From positions 15,624,001 to 15,688,000 of the forward strand of contig JBHGNT010000018.1 in assembly GCA_043228905.1 (NCBI GenBank): a DNA stretch of 64,000 nt, given 5' to 3'. Position numbers and translations under genes: made by a program. How positions within the stretch are numbered: position 1 is the first letter of the stretch; each line of letters starts with the position of its first letter. The notes under the pieces were generated by a model that saw nothing but the letters and a program-made list of their open reading frames with translations, was not told the origin of the DNA and searched no databases. This document shows, one piece after another, positions 49,150 to 63,600 of this stretch. This DNA comes from Azolla caroliniana. Its lineage: Eukaryota; Plantae; Polypodiophyta.

Positions 49150-50150
49150 TAGAGCTATAAATACATGTGTTCAAAACTAGTAACATCCATTGGTGGCCGG
49201 CACGAACCCGATCCCTAGCCCTCAACGAAGGGAGGGTGGAAGGTGAGGGGGAAACAACCAAAGGGGGGGTTGGTAGTTCCACCTCGGGCTATTTCCTCCA
49301 TGCGCCACCATTGGCATGCTCCATTTATGTTAGAAACGTAAGTGACCAGTGACCATGTCATCGGAGTGGTCGCAAACCTCGTCCAGTTGCCCTCGTAGGC
49401 AATTGATAATCGTGAACCGTATCTCTATGATCAATTCCTCTGAGGGGCGTACCAGATCTTGGAAGACCCTTAGGCAACGTGTTTTTCACACATACTAGAG
49501 GGTAAAGCTTGCAATCAACGTCTAAATCTGCTGGAAGTGGGGGGATGTGGTTGTCAACCCTCTCTTGAATCATGTCTTGACAATTTTGCCCCTTGTGCAT
49601 TTATACCACCAATTGCCTATGTTGAATGAGTCCATGTAGCTATCTGTCAGGGATTGATCCAGGTTGCCATGCTCCATGATGTTCTCCCTTCCACCTTGCA
49701 TGCGGCTAGGAGGCGAGTCACCATGTCCCATACCCTCTGAGCTTCGGGGCAATCCGACAGATAGCGTTTGAAAGTCTTGACAGTAGTTCCACGAAGGGGC
49801 GATTATTGTAGACCCACAACTTCCAGTGGGGTTCCACCTGATCGGCGTTTGGGTGGATCTTCTAACTATTTCCAGCCTATGCCACCTCTTAGATTGGTTG
49901 CCAGGTTGCACTACTCTGGCTCTCCCAAAATAATGTAGACCTAGATCCGTTCATACCCTTCAACAAATTAACCACTCTAGCCTCATCAAAGAGACCAATC
50001 CATGTATCTCCTCTCACATCCCCCACTGGAACCTTGTCAACCACCTTCGCTATTAGTTTCCTCGTTTTCTTAGCTCCCTTGAAGAAGGCCTGGGTCCTCC
50101 TCCCCCACTCCCGGAGTCACAATGTATCTTGTGCAGGGGGATGTAGACTT
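49150..50150 (-). mobile_element. Probable decayed LINE ORF2 3' fragment
   Basis: Minus-strand remnant DCPEAQRVW (zf-RVT-like end) near 49740 and W-rich C-terminal segments. Heavily frameshifted. Confidence 0.4.
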
Positions 50151-50441
50151 CAGGAATAGGTAAAGTTATAAAAGTACACTTTATTGGAATTTGGGAATAT
50201 TTGGCAAATTGTAAAGTGTCTTCCAGTGATACTTTTAATGGGCATGCAACTCTTAAACCAGTTGTTTTGATGTTCCATTTAAGCTATGTTCTAATTGTTG
50301 TATTTTGTCATTGCTAAATTTCCTCTAGGAGCTTCCTTCAACCAAAATCTTGATCTCATGTGAAATTTAACATCGCAGGGGTTTCCCCCTTTTGCACCTA
50401 CCACCATTACAACAAAATGGGGTGTTAGCAACACCCCCATT

Positions 50442-51062
50442 CATGTGCAAGGGTGCACATGAGTGAAGAGAATATAGGTACAAAGGTATAAGTCCTATAT
50501 TAAATGTACTTAGGAGTGGAGGATCTAGAATATCCCACTTAAGTACAAGATCCTATTTTAGGCATTATAGTCAACATTTCTAACTAGATTTTATCTAGGT
50601 AACTTCTAAGTTACGTGGTTGACTAACTAACTAACTCTAGTTGAGCTTGATATCTCAACACAACCCCTCAAGCTCAAGTGTGAGGCGTCCGATGTCCGCT
50701 TTGGCTTTCGGTGTTGTCCGGCTTTCAATGTCGGCTTTTGTGCGGCTTTTAGCGGACTCGGTATTTTCGTGGTAGTTTCGGTTCCTCCCCCTCAAGCCTG
50801 TGACGAAGGCTTGGGTCGATTGCTTTCACCCATCGTGGGTCACGAGCCACTTCTGTAGAGCTCTCGGGCTCTTGTTTGGCCACTACCTTCATCGCGAAGG
50901 CATAATGATGTGTCATGTACTTGTTGTAGCCAAGACGAGTAAGGGGGTTCTTCTCTCTAGATGAGCGTCGAAGTTTTTCGCTCGCTAATGTAAGTGCCTT
51001 CTGTACTCTGGGTGTATGCATGATGGGTACACCAAACTCATTGTCTAGTTAGGGAGCCAACA
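50442..51062 (-). mobile_element. Copia fragment: partial 3' LTR (50442-50658), PPT and INT-RT linker remnant
   Basis: TGTTGAGATATCAAGCTCAAC terminus preceded by GAGCTTGAGGGGTTG. Peptide HYAFAMKVVAKQEPES..EVARDPRWVKA. Confidence 0.7.
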
Positions 51063-54000
51063 TGTTGAGAAATCGATGCAAAATAGATCACAATAAACGA
51101 ACTACGCGCTAAAATACAATTTACAGAAATGCTAGAAAGACAAGATAAACAGAAGTATACCCAGAGATTTACGTGGAAACCCTAAAATGGGGAAAAACCA
51201 CGGGAACAGAATCTTCACTATACAAATAATAGATATACAATAGCGAGAAGATTACAACACTCTCTCACGAGTGCATCAGCCGCACAGGGCTCTTCGCGTC
51301 TGCTATTACACACACAGCTATGGCGCGGCTCTTCCTTCTCTCACACTCTCTGTCCCTCTCTCTCATGTTCTACAACTTCAGGTTTTACACTCTGTTCCAC
51401 TACACACTAAAAGTTTTCCCTAGTTGTATATATACTTATGCAACTTTCTGGTTATTTACATACGTAGCCCTCATGGGGCGCACACTTAGACTATTTACAA
51501 CTATAGTCTCCCGAGTTGGCTATATACATGATTCCGGTTTCGGCTCTTCTCTCTCCCCATCCGGAGAGACATGTTTCCTAAAATCATCATCATTATTATC
51601 ACTATAATAATAATAGTCGAATCTTCAAACAGTCGACTCATTGTTTTTGACTCTTCGACTATCGGCTTTTCGAATAGTCGGTTCTTCCTCCCACTTGAGG
51701 GACATATTCCCAACAAACTCCCCCTTCACTCCTGTGGGAGGAAATCTATCAGACTTGTATTTTGTCGACAGACTCTGAGTCTGTCCATAGGTAGGTTCTT
51801 CGTCAACATGTCAGATCCATTATCGTCGGTATGGATCTTCACAAGGGAAAACTCTCCTTCTTCGACTCTCTTGCAACCAGTGATACCTTCTCTGTATGTG
51901 CTTGGTCCGGGTGTGATATGTCGCGTTCTTGGCTAGGTGTATGGTGCTTTGGCTATCACAGTGAAGCAAGAACTCCTTTTGCTTCATGCCTAGTTCGGTG
52001 AGAAAATTTCTCATCCAGATCATCTCTTTTCCGGCTTCTACCACTGCCATATACTTTGCCTCTATAGTCGAAGAGGCTACAGACTTCCGCAGTCGTGACT
52101 ACCACGACACTGCTCCCCCTGCATAGGTCATCACGTACCCTGACGTGGATCGACTCGAGTCGACATCTCCTGACATGTCCGAATCGGTAAAACCTTCCAG
52201 CACAGGTTTTCCGACACCGTACCTTAGGCACACCTCCGAGGTGCCTTTCAAGTACTTGAGTATCCACTTCACCGTTGCCCAGTGTTCTCTCCCTGGATTA
52301 CTCATATATCGGCTTACTGTTCCCACAACAAATGCTATGTCTGGTCTCGTACAGACCATAACATACATTACACTGCCGACAGCTGAGGCATATGGTACCT
52401 TCTTCATCTCAGCCTTTTCCTTCTACCCTTTCGGACACTGCTTCACATTTAGTCTACAATTTGTCGGCAACACTGAGCCGACCGGCTTTGCGTTCGACAT
52501 GTTGAACCTCTCTAGGATCTTCGTCACATACTTCTGTTGTGACAACCATAGCACCTTCCGAGCTCTGTCTCGGGTTATGTGCATTCCTAGGATTTGCGTT
52601 GCCGGTCCAAGGTATTTTATGGCAAATGATTTGCCGAGAGCTTTCTTCAAGCTTCCAATCTTCCTTGTGTCTTGATCGACTATCAACATATCATCAACAT
52701 ATAGCAAGAGAATCAAGAAATCTCCTTCTTCATACCTTTTGACGAACCCACAGTGATCGGCTTGTGTTTTCTGGAACTAATGTTCCATCATGAAGGACTC
52801 GAATTTCTTGTACCATTGGCGCGGAGCTTGTTTTAGTCCGTACAAGCTTTTCCTCAGTCGACACACCAGATTCTCTTTCCCTTTCTCCTCAAAGCCTTCG
52901 GGTTGCTGCATGTAGATTTCTTCTTCTAGCTCCCAGTGCAGAAATGTGGTTTTGACATCCAACTGTTCGATCTCCAGATCCATGTTGGCCGTTATGCTCA
53001 GAACAATTCGTATGGATGTCATCTTCACGACTGGTGCGAATATTTCGTCAAAGTCGACGCCCTTCATCTGTTGGAAACCCTTCACCACTAAGTGGGCTTT
53101 ATACCTAGGCTCGTTGTCGACTTCTCCAGTCTTCACCTTGTAAACCCATTTATTTCTGAGTGCTCTCTTACCTTCCGGTAGCTCTACTAGGTCGTAGGTG
53201 TAATTCGCGTGCAAGGATTCCATCTCCTCTTGCATCGCGTTCAGCCATTTTTCTCTGCTCTCATCGGCAATGGCTTCTTCATAACACTCTGGTTCACCGT
53301 CATTAGTCAAGAGGACGTATTGACTAGCATATGTAATCAATGCCTTCCTTTCTCTGAGTGGGTATCTTCGTCCACTCATTGTTGGCTCCAGCCCGGATGT
53401 CTCTGCCAACTCTTCTCTTTGCTCGGGATTCTGCTCATCAATTGGCATCTCCAACTCATATTCATCAATTGATTTTAGCAGGTCTGCCGACTCTAACTCA
53501 TAGTCTGTCGGTCTTTCCGAGTCAACCGACTTGGATTCGGCTCTATCTACCAACTGTCTCCTTACAGCTGCTGGTGACGACACATTTGGCCTTAAGTCGA
53601 TGGTAGTCAAGGTTAACTAGGGAGTTGGTTCCGACTTCTGTTGCTTCCAGTCTTCAATTGTCTTGTCTTCTAGAAAGACTACATCCCAACTTCTCACTAC
53701 CTTCTTGTCGACTAGGTCCCATAGCCTGTAGCCGAACTCATCTTCCGAGTATCCCATGAATATGCATACTTTCGACTTGCTATCAAGCTTTGACCTCTGA
53801 TCCTTTGGTACATGCATATACACCAAACATCCAAACACCCTTAGGTGTTGGTAGGAGACATCCATCCCTGTCCACACCCTTTGTGGGACATCACCCTTTA
53901 ATGGCACTGAGGGAGACCTGTTGATCAGATAAATAGTTGTGTACATCGCCTTAGCCCAATAGGATTTCGGCAGTTTTGCATGGGAGAGCATGCTCCTTAC

Positions 54001-54665
54001 TCTCTCCATGATTGTTCGATTCATCCTCTCTGCAAGCCCGTTCAACTCTGGGGTCTTTGGTACTGTGTATTCGATTCGAATACCTTGGCTCTTGCAGTAT
54101 TCTTCGAACTGCCCTTTGTATTCGCCACCGTTGTCGGTTCAGACAACCTTCAGTTTCCGACCCGACTCTCTTTCGGTTCTTGCTTGGAACTCCTTGAAAA
54201 CCGATAGTACTTGATCCTTTGACTTCAGTACGACGGCCCATGTCTTCCGACTATAGTCGTCAATGAACATTACAAAGTACTGTCCTCCTCGATGTGATGG
54301 AGCATCAACATAGCACACATTCGTGTGCACTAGTTCCAGTGCAACTTCTCTTCTCCTCGGTGGTCTTGTGTGGAATCCGCCCTATTCTGCTTTCCGGCTA
54401 AGCAGTCGACACACTTCTCCAAGTGAAATCCCTTAACTTCTGGTAGAAGTTTCTGGTCTGCTAATAGGTGCATTCCCTTCTCACTCATGTGGCCTAGCCT
54501 CTTATGTCATATCTCCCCTGCCGAGTCGGCTGCCACGTTTACTTCTGATTTGCACTGTCGAGCATGCATCATGTACAATGTGTCTTCTTTCTGTGCTCAG
54601 GCCACTATAAGATTTCCTCGGCAGAACTTCCACTTGCCATTCCGAAAGCTACCACTGTAGCCTTC

Positions 54666-57600
54666 TGATGGAAATTAATCGACACTTTCCAAACTTCACC
54701 TCTCGTCACAACCAAGGAAACACACGAATCGTTGTTGCAGAAAATGGGAAATGCGAAAAATAGAATGGACACACGATTTAACGTGGAAAACCCTGTACGG
54801 GAAAAAACCACGGGAGTACAAGACTCCGAACCAAAACTATGCACAGAGAAATATACAATGGCGAGCTGCAAGGCGACGACCTTGAGCTCGCTGTCCTCGC
54901 CACAGGCGGCGGAAATACACAGAGGCGTCGACCTCTTCTTCTCTCACGCTCTATCTCTCTCGCGGCTGCTCTCTCTTCACTCCTCTTGAGTGGAAAAACA
55001 GAAAAATGATCAGCAACATTAAAACTGTTTGCCCTAAGTCATATTTATACACATATGACTTTGGGGCTATTTACAACTATAGCCTCAAGGGCCCTTGGCA
55101 AACATATTCACAGATATGTCCCCGCATCTGGATCTCTCTCCGGGTACATTCGTTATCCGGCTCCGAAGCCGGGGTCTTCATCATCCGGTTCCGAAACCGC
55201 AACCGGGCTTGTCGGCATTCATCTCCAACATCCGACCATCCCATCCGAAAGGGACCGTAATCCCAACAAACTCCCCCTTCACTTCGGCATGGGATGTCTC
55301 TCCAATCCGATCCTCTTCCGGCATGCTTCCAGCTTGTCGGGTGTGAGCACCTTGGTCAGCATATCCGACCCATTCTCGTCCGTGTGGACCTTCGTCAGCA
55401 CGAACTCCTTGTCTTCTATCCTTTCCCGGATCCAGTGATATCTTCGCTGGATGTGCTTCGTCCGGGAGTGATAGGCCGCGTTCTTCGCAAGGTGGATTGC
55501 ACTCTGACTGTCGCAGTAGAGTCGGTACTCCTCCTGTCGGATACCGAGCTCTCTAATGAAGTCCTTCATCCATATTATTTCCTTGCCGGCTTCAACAGCC
55601 GCCATGTACTCCGCCTCCGTGGTTGACAACGCAACCGTCTTCTGCAGCCTCGACTGCCATGAAACCGCTCCCCCTGCATACGTCATCACATACCCTGATG
55701 TGGACCGGCTGGTATCTGCATCAGCCGACATATCCGAATCGGTGAAGCCGTCGAGTTCGGGCTTACCGGAGCCGAATCGGAGGCACACGTTTGCCGTGCC
55801 CTTCAGGTATCGGAGTATCCACTTGGCCGCGTTCCAATGCTCTTTGCCGGGGTTGCTCATGTACCGGCTCACCACTCCGACTGCGTATCCAATGTCCGGT
55901 CTTGTACACACCATTGCGTACATCAAGCTTCCGACGGCAGAGGCATATGGCACTTTCATCATGTCCTCCTTCTCAGCCTTTGTCTTGGGGCTTTGCTTGC
56001 TGGACAGCTTGCAGTTTGCCGGGAGGGTCGATCCGACCGGTCTTGCTTCTGACATGTTGAACCGTTTAAGCACCTTTGTCACGTACTTCTCCTGTGACAG
56101 CCACAACTGCTTCTTGCTCCGGTCCCGGATGATGTGCATCCCTAGTATTTGTCTCGCCGGACCCAAGTCCTTCATTGAGAAGGTTCGGTGAAGAGCCTTC
56201 TTCAGCATCCGTATCTTGACCTGGTCCCGTTCGACGATCAACATGTCGTCCACGTACAGGAGGAGTATTAGAAAGTCTCCTCCTTCGAACTTCTTCACAA
56301 ACACGCAGTGGTCGGACTGCGTTTTGAGGTACCCTTCGTCGGTCATGAAGGAGTCGAACTTCCGGTACCATTGCCGGGGAGCCTGCTTCAGTCCGTAAAG
56401 GCTCTTCTTCAACCGGCATACCAGGTGCTCCTTCCCTTTCTTCTCGAATCCTTCCGGTTGCTGCATGTAGATCTCTTCTTCGAGGTCACCGTGAAGGAAT
56501 GCCGTCTTCACGTCCATCTGTTCTACCTCGAGGTCCATGCTTGCCGCTATGCTCAGCACCGTCCGGATGGAGGTCATCTTCACTACCGGGGCAAATATCT
56601 CGTCGAAGTCGATGCCCTTCTTCTGCTGAAACCCCTTCACCACGATCCTGGCTTTGTATCTCGGGGGGTTTCCGGCATCTCCCGGTTTCAGCTTGTACAC
56701 CCACTTGTTTCGAAGTGCCCGCTTTCCTTTCGGCAACTCCACAAGTTCATATGTGTGGTTCTCATGCAGGGAATCCATCTCGTCCTGCATGGCACTCAAC
56801 CACCTGCGGCTCTGGGTGTCATGCTTTGCTTCTTCAAAGCTCTCTGGCTCCCCCTCGTCAGTTAGCAGCACGTGCTCTGGTTCCGGAAATCTCCGGGGGG
56901 CCCTTCTCTCTCTTAGAGGATATCTCCGTTCCGGAGCTTCGGTAACCGGTTCTTCCGATTCTTCTTCATCCGAATCCATTTCGGGATCAGGGCCGGTTCC
57001 GGTATCATTTTCATCTTCTTCGGCCGGTTCTGTTTCTTCACCGTCTTCGGCCGGATCCTCGAGTGCTAACCGGTCCCTTGCCGGTCGGGACTGCTCCTCG
57101 TAGAGTTGATCCTCACCGGTCGACTTGGAGCTCTTCATCTTCTTCTCTGACTCCCAGTCGGCGAGTGTCTTGTTCTCCATGAAGATGATATCACGACTCC
57201 GGAATATCTTCTTGTCGACCGGGTCCCATACTCGGTAGCCGAACTTGTCATCGCCGTAACCGAGGAATATGCATGGCTGGGTCTTTGGATCTAGCTTTCC
57301 TCTCCGGTCCTTTGCCACATGCACGTATGCGAGACACCCGAACACCTTCAGATGCCGATAGGATACTTCCCTACCGGTCCACACTCTCTACGGCGTGTCT
57401 CCGTCCAAAGGTACTGAGGGTGATCTGTTTATCACGTATGTCGCCGTCGACATCGCCTCAGCCCAAAACCCCTTGGGTAATTCCGCATGCGCCAGCATAC
57501 TCCGGACCCTCTCCATTATGGTCCGGTTCATCCTCTCGGCCAACCCGTTCAGTTCCGGCGTCTTCGGCACAGTAAACTCGAGCCGGATTCCCTTCGAGCG

Positions 57601-59985
57601 ACTGTACTCCGCGAACTGCCCCCGGTATTCCCCTCCGTTATCCGCTCGTATCGCTTTCAGCTTCTTGCCGGATTCCCTTTCCACTCTCGCGTGGAGTTCT
57701 TTGAAGACGCACAACACTTGGTCCTTTGTCTTCAACGGTGCCGTCCACAGCTTCCGGCTATGATCATCAATGAATGTTACGAAGTACTGGGCTCCGCCAT
57801 GTGACTTTGTTTCTACCTGACACACATCAGTGTGTACCAACTCCAATGGTACACTACGTCTCGTCGGTGGCCTTGAGTGGAAGGAGGCTCGGTTCTGCTT
57901 ACCGGCCAGGCAATCGGTGCACTTCTCCAGGTGCACGTGCTTCACTGGAATAAGGTTGTCTTCTGCAAGCCTCTTCATCCCCTTCTCACTCATGTGGCAC
58001 AGTCTTTTGTGCCACAGCTCACCGGCAGTGTCGGCTGCCACATTCAGCTCTTCCGGACATAACCGGGCATTCATCAGGTACAGTGTATTGTCTTTCCGGG
58101 CCCGAGCCACTATCAGACTCCCCTTGCTGAACTTCATTACGCCGTTCCGGATGCTACCTATGTAGCCTTCATCGTCTAGCCTCCCGGCCGAAATCAGGTT
58201 CAATCGAACCTCCGGAACGTGTCGGACATCCTTCAGCAGCATTTTGCATCCGGTCGGGGTTGTCAACCACACGTCTCCTATGCCGGCAATCCGGCACGTA
58301 CCTTCATTTCCCATCCGAACACAGCCATGTTCACCGGCTGTGTAGGATGAGAAGTATCTTCTCTCCGGGGTCAGGTGGAACGATGCTCCGGAATCGACCA
58401 CCCAGGTCGTCTCATCGCCGGCAATGTTTAGTTCACCTTCTTCGGTGATGAGCATGATTTCTTCCTCACTTGCCGCGAGTGCTGTCGTTCCTTTCCGATC
58501 CTGCCCTCGCCGATCCGGACCTCTCCGGTCCGTGGCTCCCCGGTGTGCACCGTTTCTCTCCGGTGACTTCTTCGAATCGGTGTCGTCGGCTCCGTTGTCC
58601 TTTCGGTAATGCCGACAATTCTTTCGGAAGTGCCCCGGCTTCCCACAGTGGAAGCACGTGGGTCTTCCTCTTGACTGCGACCGGGTCCCCGACTTCTCCC
58701 GTCTTTGCGGACTCCGGTTCCATTGTCTTCCCCGTTCCGATTCGGTAAGCAGCGCCTTCGAGTCGGAGGCCGGTTCTTTATCTCTCCGACGCGCTTCTTC
58801 GTTCAAAATACTTGTCTTTACCGTTTGTAGGGACAAGTTATCTTCCGTGCAGGAGGTGCTGAGAGTCACCACCAAGTTCTCCCAGCTTTCCGGTAATGTA
58901 CACATCAGGATGATGGCTTGCATTGCATCCTCCAACGGGAACTTGATCGCCGCAAGCTGGTTCACGAATCCCATGAACGTGCTTACGTGTTCCACCATAC
59001 TCTCGCCGTCCCGGTACTTGAGGTTCACTATCTTCCTCATCAGGGAGGTCCGGTTCAACGCATTCTTCCTCTCGTAGAGGCCCGACAGCTTCCGCCACAT
59101 CTCATATGCGTTGGTGTCGTTCGCCACATGTTGTAGAACGCTCACGTCGACGTATTGCCGAATGGTTGCAACGACTTTCCGGTTCAGAAGCCTCCATTCC
59201 GACTCAAGTACCCCCTTCGGTATTTCCGACCTGTCAATCGGTTCGTACAGGTCCCGAACAATCAGAAGATCCTCCATCTTGATCTTCCAGTCGGCGTAAT
59301 TCTGCGCATTCAGCACCATCATCCCCGGCTGCCCGCTGCCGCCGCCTTCCATTTTCTACAGCAGCCCACTCTGATACCAAATTGATGGAAATTAATCGAC
59401 ACTTTCCAAACTTCACCTCTCGTCACAACCAAGGAAACACACGAATCGTTGTTGCAGAAAATGGGAAATGCGAAAAATAGAATGGACACACGATTTAACG
59501 TGGAAAACCCTGTACGGGAAAAAACCACGGGAGTACAAGACTCCGAACCAAAACTATGCACAGAGAAATATACAATGGCGAGCTGCAAGGCGACGACCTT
59601 GAGCTCGTTGTCCTCGCCACAGGCGGCGGAAATACACAGAGGCGTCGACCTCTTCTTCTCTCACGCTCTATCTCTCTCGCGGCTGCTCTCTCTTCACTCC
59701 TCTTGAGTGGAAAAACAGAAAAATGATCAGCAACATTAAAACTGTTTGCCCTAAGTCATATTTATACACATATGACTTTGGGGCTATTTACAACTATAGC
59801 CTCAAGGACCCTTGGCAAACATATTCACAGATATGTCCCCGCATCTGGATCTCTCTCCGGGTACATTCGTCATTCGGCTCCGAAGCCGGGGTCTTCATCA
59901 TCCGGTTCCGAAACCGCAACCGGGCTTGTCGGCATTCATCTCCAACATCCAACCATCCCATCCGAAAGGGACCGTAATCCCAACA
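54666..59985 (-). mobile_element. Young full-length Tnt1/Tork-like copia element F nested in E
   Basis: 603-bp LTRs 54666-55268 and 59383-59985 (~5 differences counted by eye). TSD CCTTC at 54661-54665 and 59986-59990. PBS TGGTATCAGAGT 59379-59368. PPT AAGGGGGAGTT. Confidence 0.97.
55279..59352 (-). pseudogene. gag-pol polyprotein of copia F with a single in-frame TAG at 57390-57388
   Basis: 654-aa and 701-aa ORFs in the same frame: CFHCGKPGHFRKNC, WVVDSGAS, LWHKRLCH, LVHTD..DNGGEY, YVDDML, RNase H CDSQSAIHL. Confidence 0.93.
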
Positions 59986-60630
59986 CCTTCGTTGTCAACC
60001 CTTCCACTCGATATCAAATTCAATCTGATATCGGGGACGTGTCGAACATCCTTCAACGTCAATCGACACCCTGTCGATGTCGTCAAGCAAACACTTCCGA
60101 CTCCGGTTATCTTGCACTCTCCACTATCACCCATCTTTACATAGCCATGCTCCTCGACTATGTAAGTCAAGAAATACTCTCTCGACGGAGTAATATGGAA
60201 GGATGTGCCAGAATCAATCACCCAAGTGCACTCTTCGCTTGCAAGATTTGCACTTGTATGTTCACAGATGAATAGAAGTTCCTCATTGCTCGTAGCAATG
60301 GCCGAAGTGTTCTTTTCATCCGGAATTTTCCGTGGTTTGACATTGTTTCCGATAGACTTATCTTTCTTCATGTGTCGGCAGTCCTTCTGGAAGTGTCCAG
60401 GTTTTCCACAATAAAAGCAGAGATGCTTACCTCTAGACTTCGATTTGCCATGGGATTTGTCTGTTCGTTGCGGACTTCTTCTTCACCGATTCCTTCCTCT
60501 GTCCATATGTTGAGTCAGATTCGACTCTGTTTGGGACAAGACTCCTTTGTCTTTCCTCCTTGCCTCCTCGTTTAGGATGCTTGTCTCACCGTCTGTAAAG
60601 ACAAGTTCTCATCTTGACAGGGGGTGCTGA

Positions 60631-63600
60631 TGTTACCCGTTCCTTTGGGTGAACACCTTCAATTAATCTGCGGCTATCAGTATTCAAGGGCGTGGTACGT
60701 GAAGGCTCGTAACAGAGGCGTCGAGAGGGAGACAGGGCTCAGAGAGAAAACACTAGCGAGCTCTTGATAGGCGTGGGCGGCGTTGAAATCATAGGTATGA
60801 ATCAAAGCATAGACACATGGAACAAACTGGGCACAATTCAGATATATTACCGCGACAGAAAAAAGATTACAGAACACGGCCTATGGCCAGTGACCTTACA
60901 AGATTCTCTAGTTACGAGGGACTCAGCTAGTGCTTCCGCCTATATTTTTCTTCTCTCTCTCCTCTGAGGTACTGGTCCTCGTTTAAATAACTTTTCCCCT
61001 AATACACAACCGAGCCGTCGGTGGCTCGTGATACTCGAACTCGGCGTTTGCTAATTTCCTAATTTTACATTTCTGTCCTCTGGACAACACCTGGCACGCC
61101 CGTGGGACAGGACCTTGTCCGTCGGACCCACGACTTACAAAAATACTAACAATATTACAAAATTTGCCTTTTAGGCGTGATCCTCATTTCATTCCTCTTT
61201 TAAGATGTCGAGGATGTTTTCGGGGTCCGGGGTGGTGGCAATGTGGTCTGGTTGGACTGTCGGTGCGGGGGGTTGAGTTTGGTCCGGGGGTGTCATATCT
61301 TCTCGGGCGTCCACCTCAGGTGCGGCCGATTCTTCTGGTGGGGGTGTGGGTTCGAGGGCGCTGACCTCTACTTCGACTGGATCTGGTACCGTGTGGGCGT
61401 CCATGGGATGTCTGTTGGCCGGGGCAAGTTCCTCCTGTGCCGTGTCCATGATCCCCTTGCTGGAAGGTTCTTCCTTCTGCTCTGTGGCCGTTGGAGAGCT
61501 GGTTGGGATGGTTGCGAGTCGTTCTCGTTCGAAGGCTTCTGCTTCCAGGCGAAACAACATTTGACTGTCATTGAAGTCCTCCATTATTTGCTTGATTGCC
61601 GCGGTGTGAGATTTTGCCAAGGACTGGTAATCCTCAGTTAAATCTGCACGCAGGTTTTGTATGCTGGCTTCGTCCATTTTGTAGAAGCCGCGGCCCTCCT
61701 TCCGTCGGTTCTCGGCGTCGGCGCGTAAAATATGCAATTCGGCAGCTTGGGCTGCCCATTCGTCTCCTGCGCAACTTAATGTTTCCTCGACCTTTTTGGT
61801 AAGGTGCTGGCGCTGTTTCTCGATCAGTATTCTGATGCATGTCTCATCCATGCCGGGCTGTGCTCGGATGGCTGCTAATTCCTGTTTTAAGTCGTCGACC
61901 TCGGCCTGAAGCTTCTTTGCTCGTAGTTCATAGGTGGCTTGAGTGTTCTTTGCATCCACGGTTATGAGCTGGATAGCCTGCTCGTAACGCTTGGTTAGTT
62001 CTTCGGTGGCTTTCTCCCGTTCTTTTTGACACGCGGCCTGGACTTGTTCCTGTTCGACGATTCTCTCTTCTTGTAGGGAGAAGTAGGAATCCGATAATTC
62101 GTCTTTTTGCTCCGAAAGTAGCTTGCATTTGATGAAAAACTTGTCAGCCATTTCTTTAAGGGTCGTACGCTGACTCTGCAGCTCGACATTCTCCGTGATC
62201 ATTCTCTCCTCCCGTTGGCGATTTCTTTCCTCCTGCCGGTGGTTCTAGTCTTTCGCATTGTCGAGCGCGGCCTGTAGGTCTAGGACCTCCTTCTCTTTCT
62301 TTGCCACTGTGGCTGCGTATTCCTCCAACTTGCTTTTGAGTTCGGCTTCTTTGCCCGCGGCTTGCGCTTGTACCCGACCCAGTGCTTCGTTCTGCTCGTG
62401 TATCCTTTGGTCGGCCTGGGCTCTAATCTCGGCCATCTGCTTGGAAGCTTCTTCTTTTAGGCGAGCCATCGCCTCCTGATGCCGTTGTTCGTGTCTCTCG
62501 GTTCGCCGTTGTTCTTCTTTAAGCTCCGCGCAGTAATCCCGAAGCGGGGGTTCTGTCTGGGTTGCCACCTCCTTGGGTGCACGAGGGGGTGGTATCTCGG
62601 TCTTCTCCATGGGCGTGGCCGCCTCGGTTGTTGTGCAGGCATCGACCATTTGCAACGATTCCGTTTGTGTACTGGCCTGCATCGTCAGGATTGAATCTGT
62701 GACGGTGCTTTCATCCATCATTGTTATGCGTGGAGGGGCTGGGAGGGCCTCGGTGGTCGTGGCCGGAAGGCTCAAGAGTTGTTGTTCCGGCCAGTTTTGC
62801 TCCCAGGCTGCCAGCTTCTGTTTCGCAGCGTGCCATAATTTTGTAGCCATCTTAGCCTGTTTTTGGGCTATTTTTATCTTTCGGGCCATGTCTTTGGCTG
62901 CCCGCGTAGTGCGATCCAGGTCCCTATATGCCTTGATAAGGGTCGTGTTCAACTCGGGGACCTCCATGAGGAGAGCGGCCTGTTTTGCCTGCTTCTTTCT
63001 CCCGATTTTTTGTAAAGCCCTGTCGTCCTGGGGTTCAATTTCACCTAATAGCGCGCGTTGAATCATTTTTGTTTCGGCATGCTCTTCCGCCATTCGAGCG
63101 GCTGCCGCGACTTGGGCTCTGGCGAGGAAGTCGACCAGCTCGAATGTCGTACCAAGGCGTAGGAGCGCACTAAATTCGTAAGCCTCTGCGGGGAGGTCCT
63201 TATATCCGAGGACTTCATCCTCCGAGATCTGCGTTGTCTACCCATGCTCGATCTTTCCCTGGTTCAGCGATGCCTCCTCAGGGATGATGGCCAGGTTGCT
63301 CTGTCTGACAACTAAGGCTTGCTCCTATTGTGACTCTTTCTGTTCTGCTGAGGACTCGCGGTTGAGTCGTCTTCTCTTGCTCGGCTGTGTTTGGGGTTCC
63401 GGGGTCGGTAGTGTCGTTTCCTCCGCCTGCTTCCTTTTCTGGGGTCATGGTGGTGCTGCCTGCTGTGTGTTGGGGCGTGGGCTAGGCCCTGGGGAAGTTA
63501 CCGAGGGGTGCGACGTTGGCTGTCGAATGGTGACATCATCTGCCATGTTGTCCTCCGCGGCTACCGCCTCCTCCCATTCTTGGCAGGTCTCAGAAACTGC

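Larger units (their letters stand above)
51063..60630 (-). mobile_element. Older Tnt1/Tork-like copia element E, decayed; its 5' part lies beyond the Tat-like insertion
   Basis: 3' LTR 51063-51715 and PPT AGGGGGAGTT. Broken pol (YVDD ~52700, NGLAERMNRTIME, WVIDSG) with gag continuing to 60630. The reading frame rejoins across element F (GRVDNEG|YSGSFRNG). Confidence 0.88.

Noticed and set aside
57385-57393. Programmed stop-codon readthrough in copia F
   Set aside because: The TAG lies inside the integrase where the related element has Gln, and it lacks a CARYYA context; a C-to-T nonsense mutation is simpler.
55294-59385. Many plus-strand ORFs over copia F
   Set aside because: Shadow ORFs on the antisense strand of a GC-rich gag-pol.
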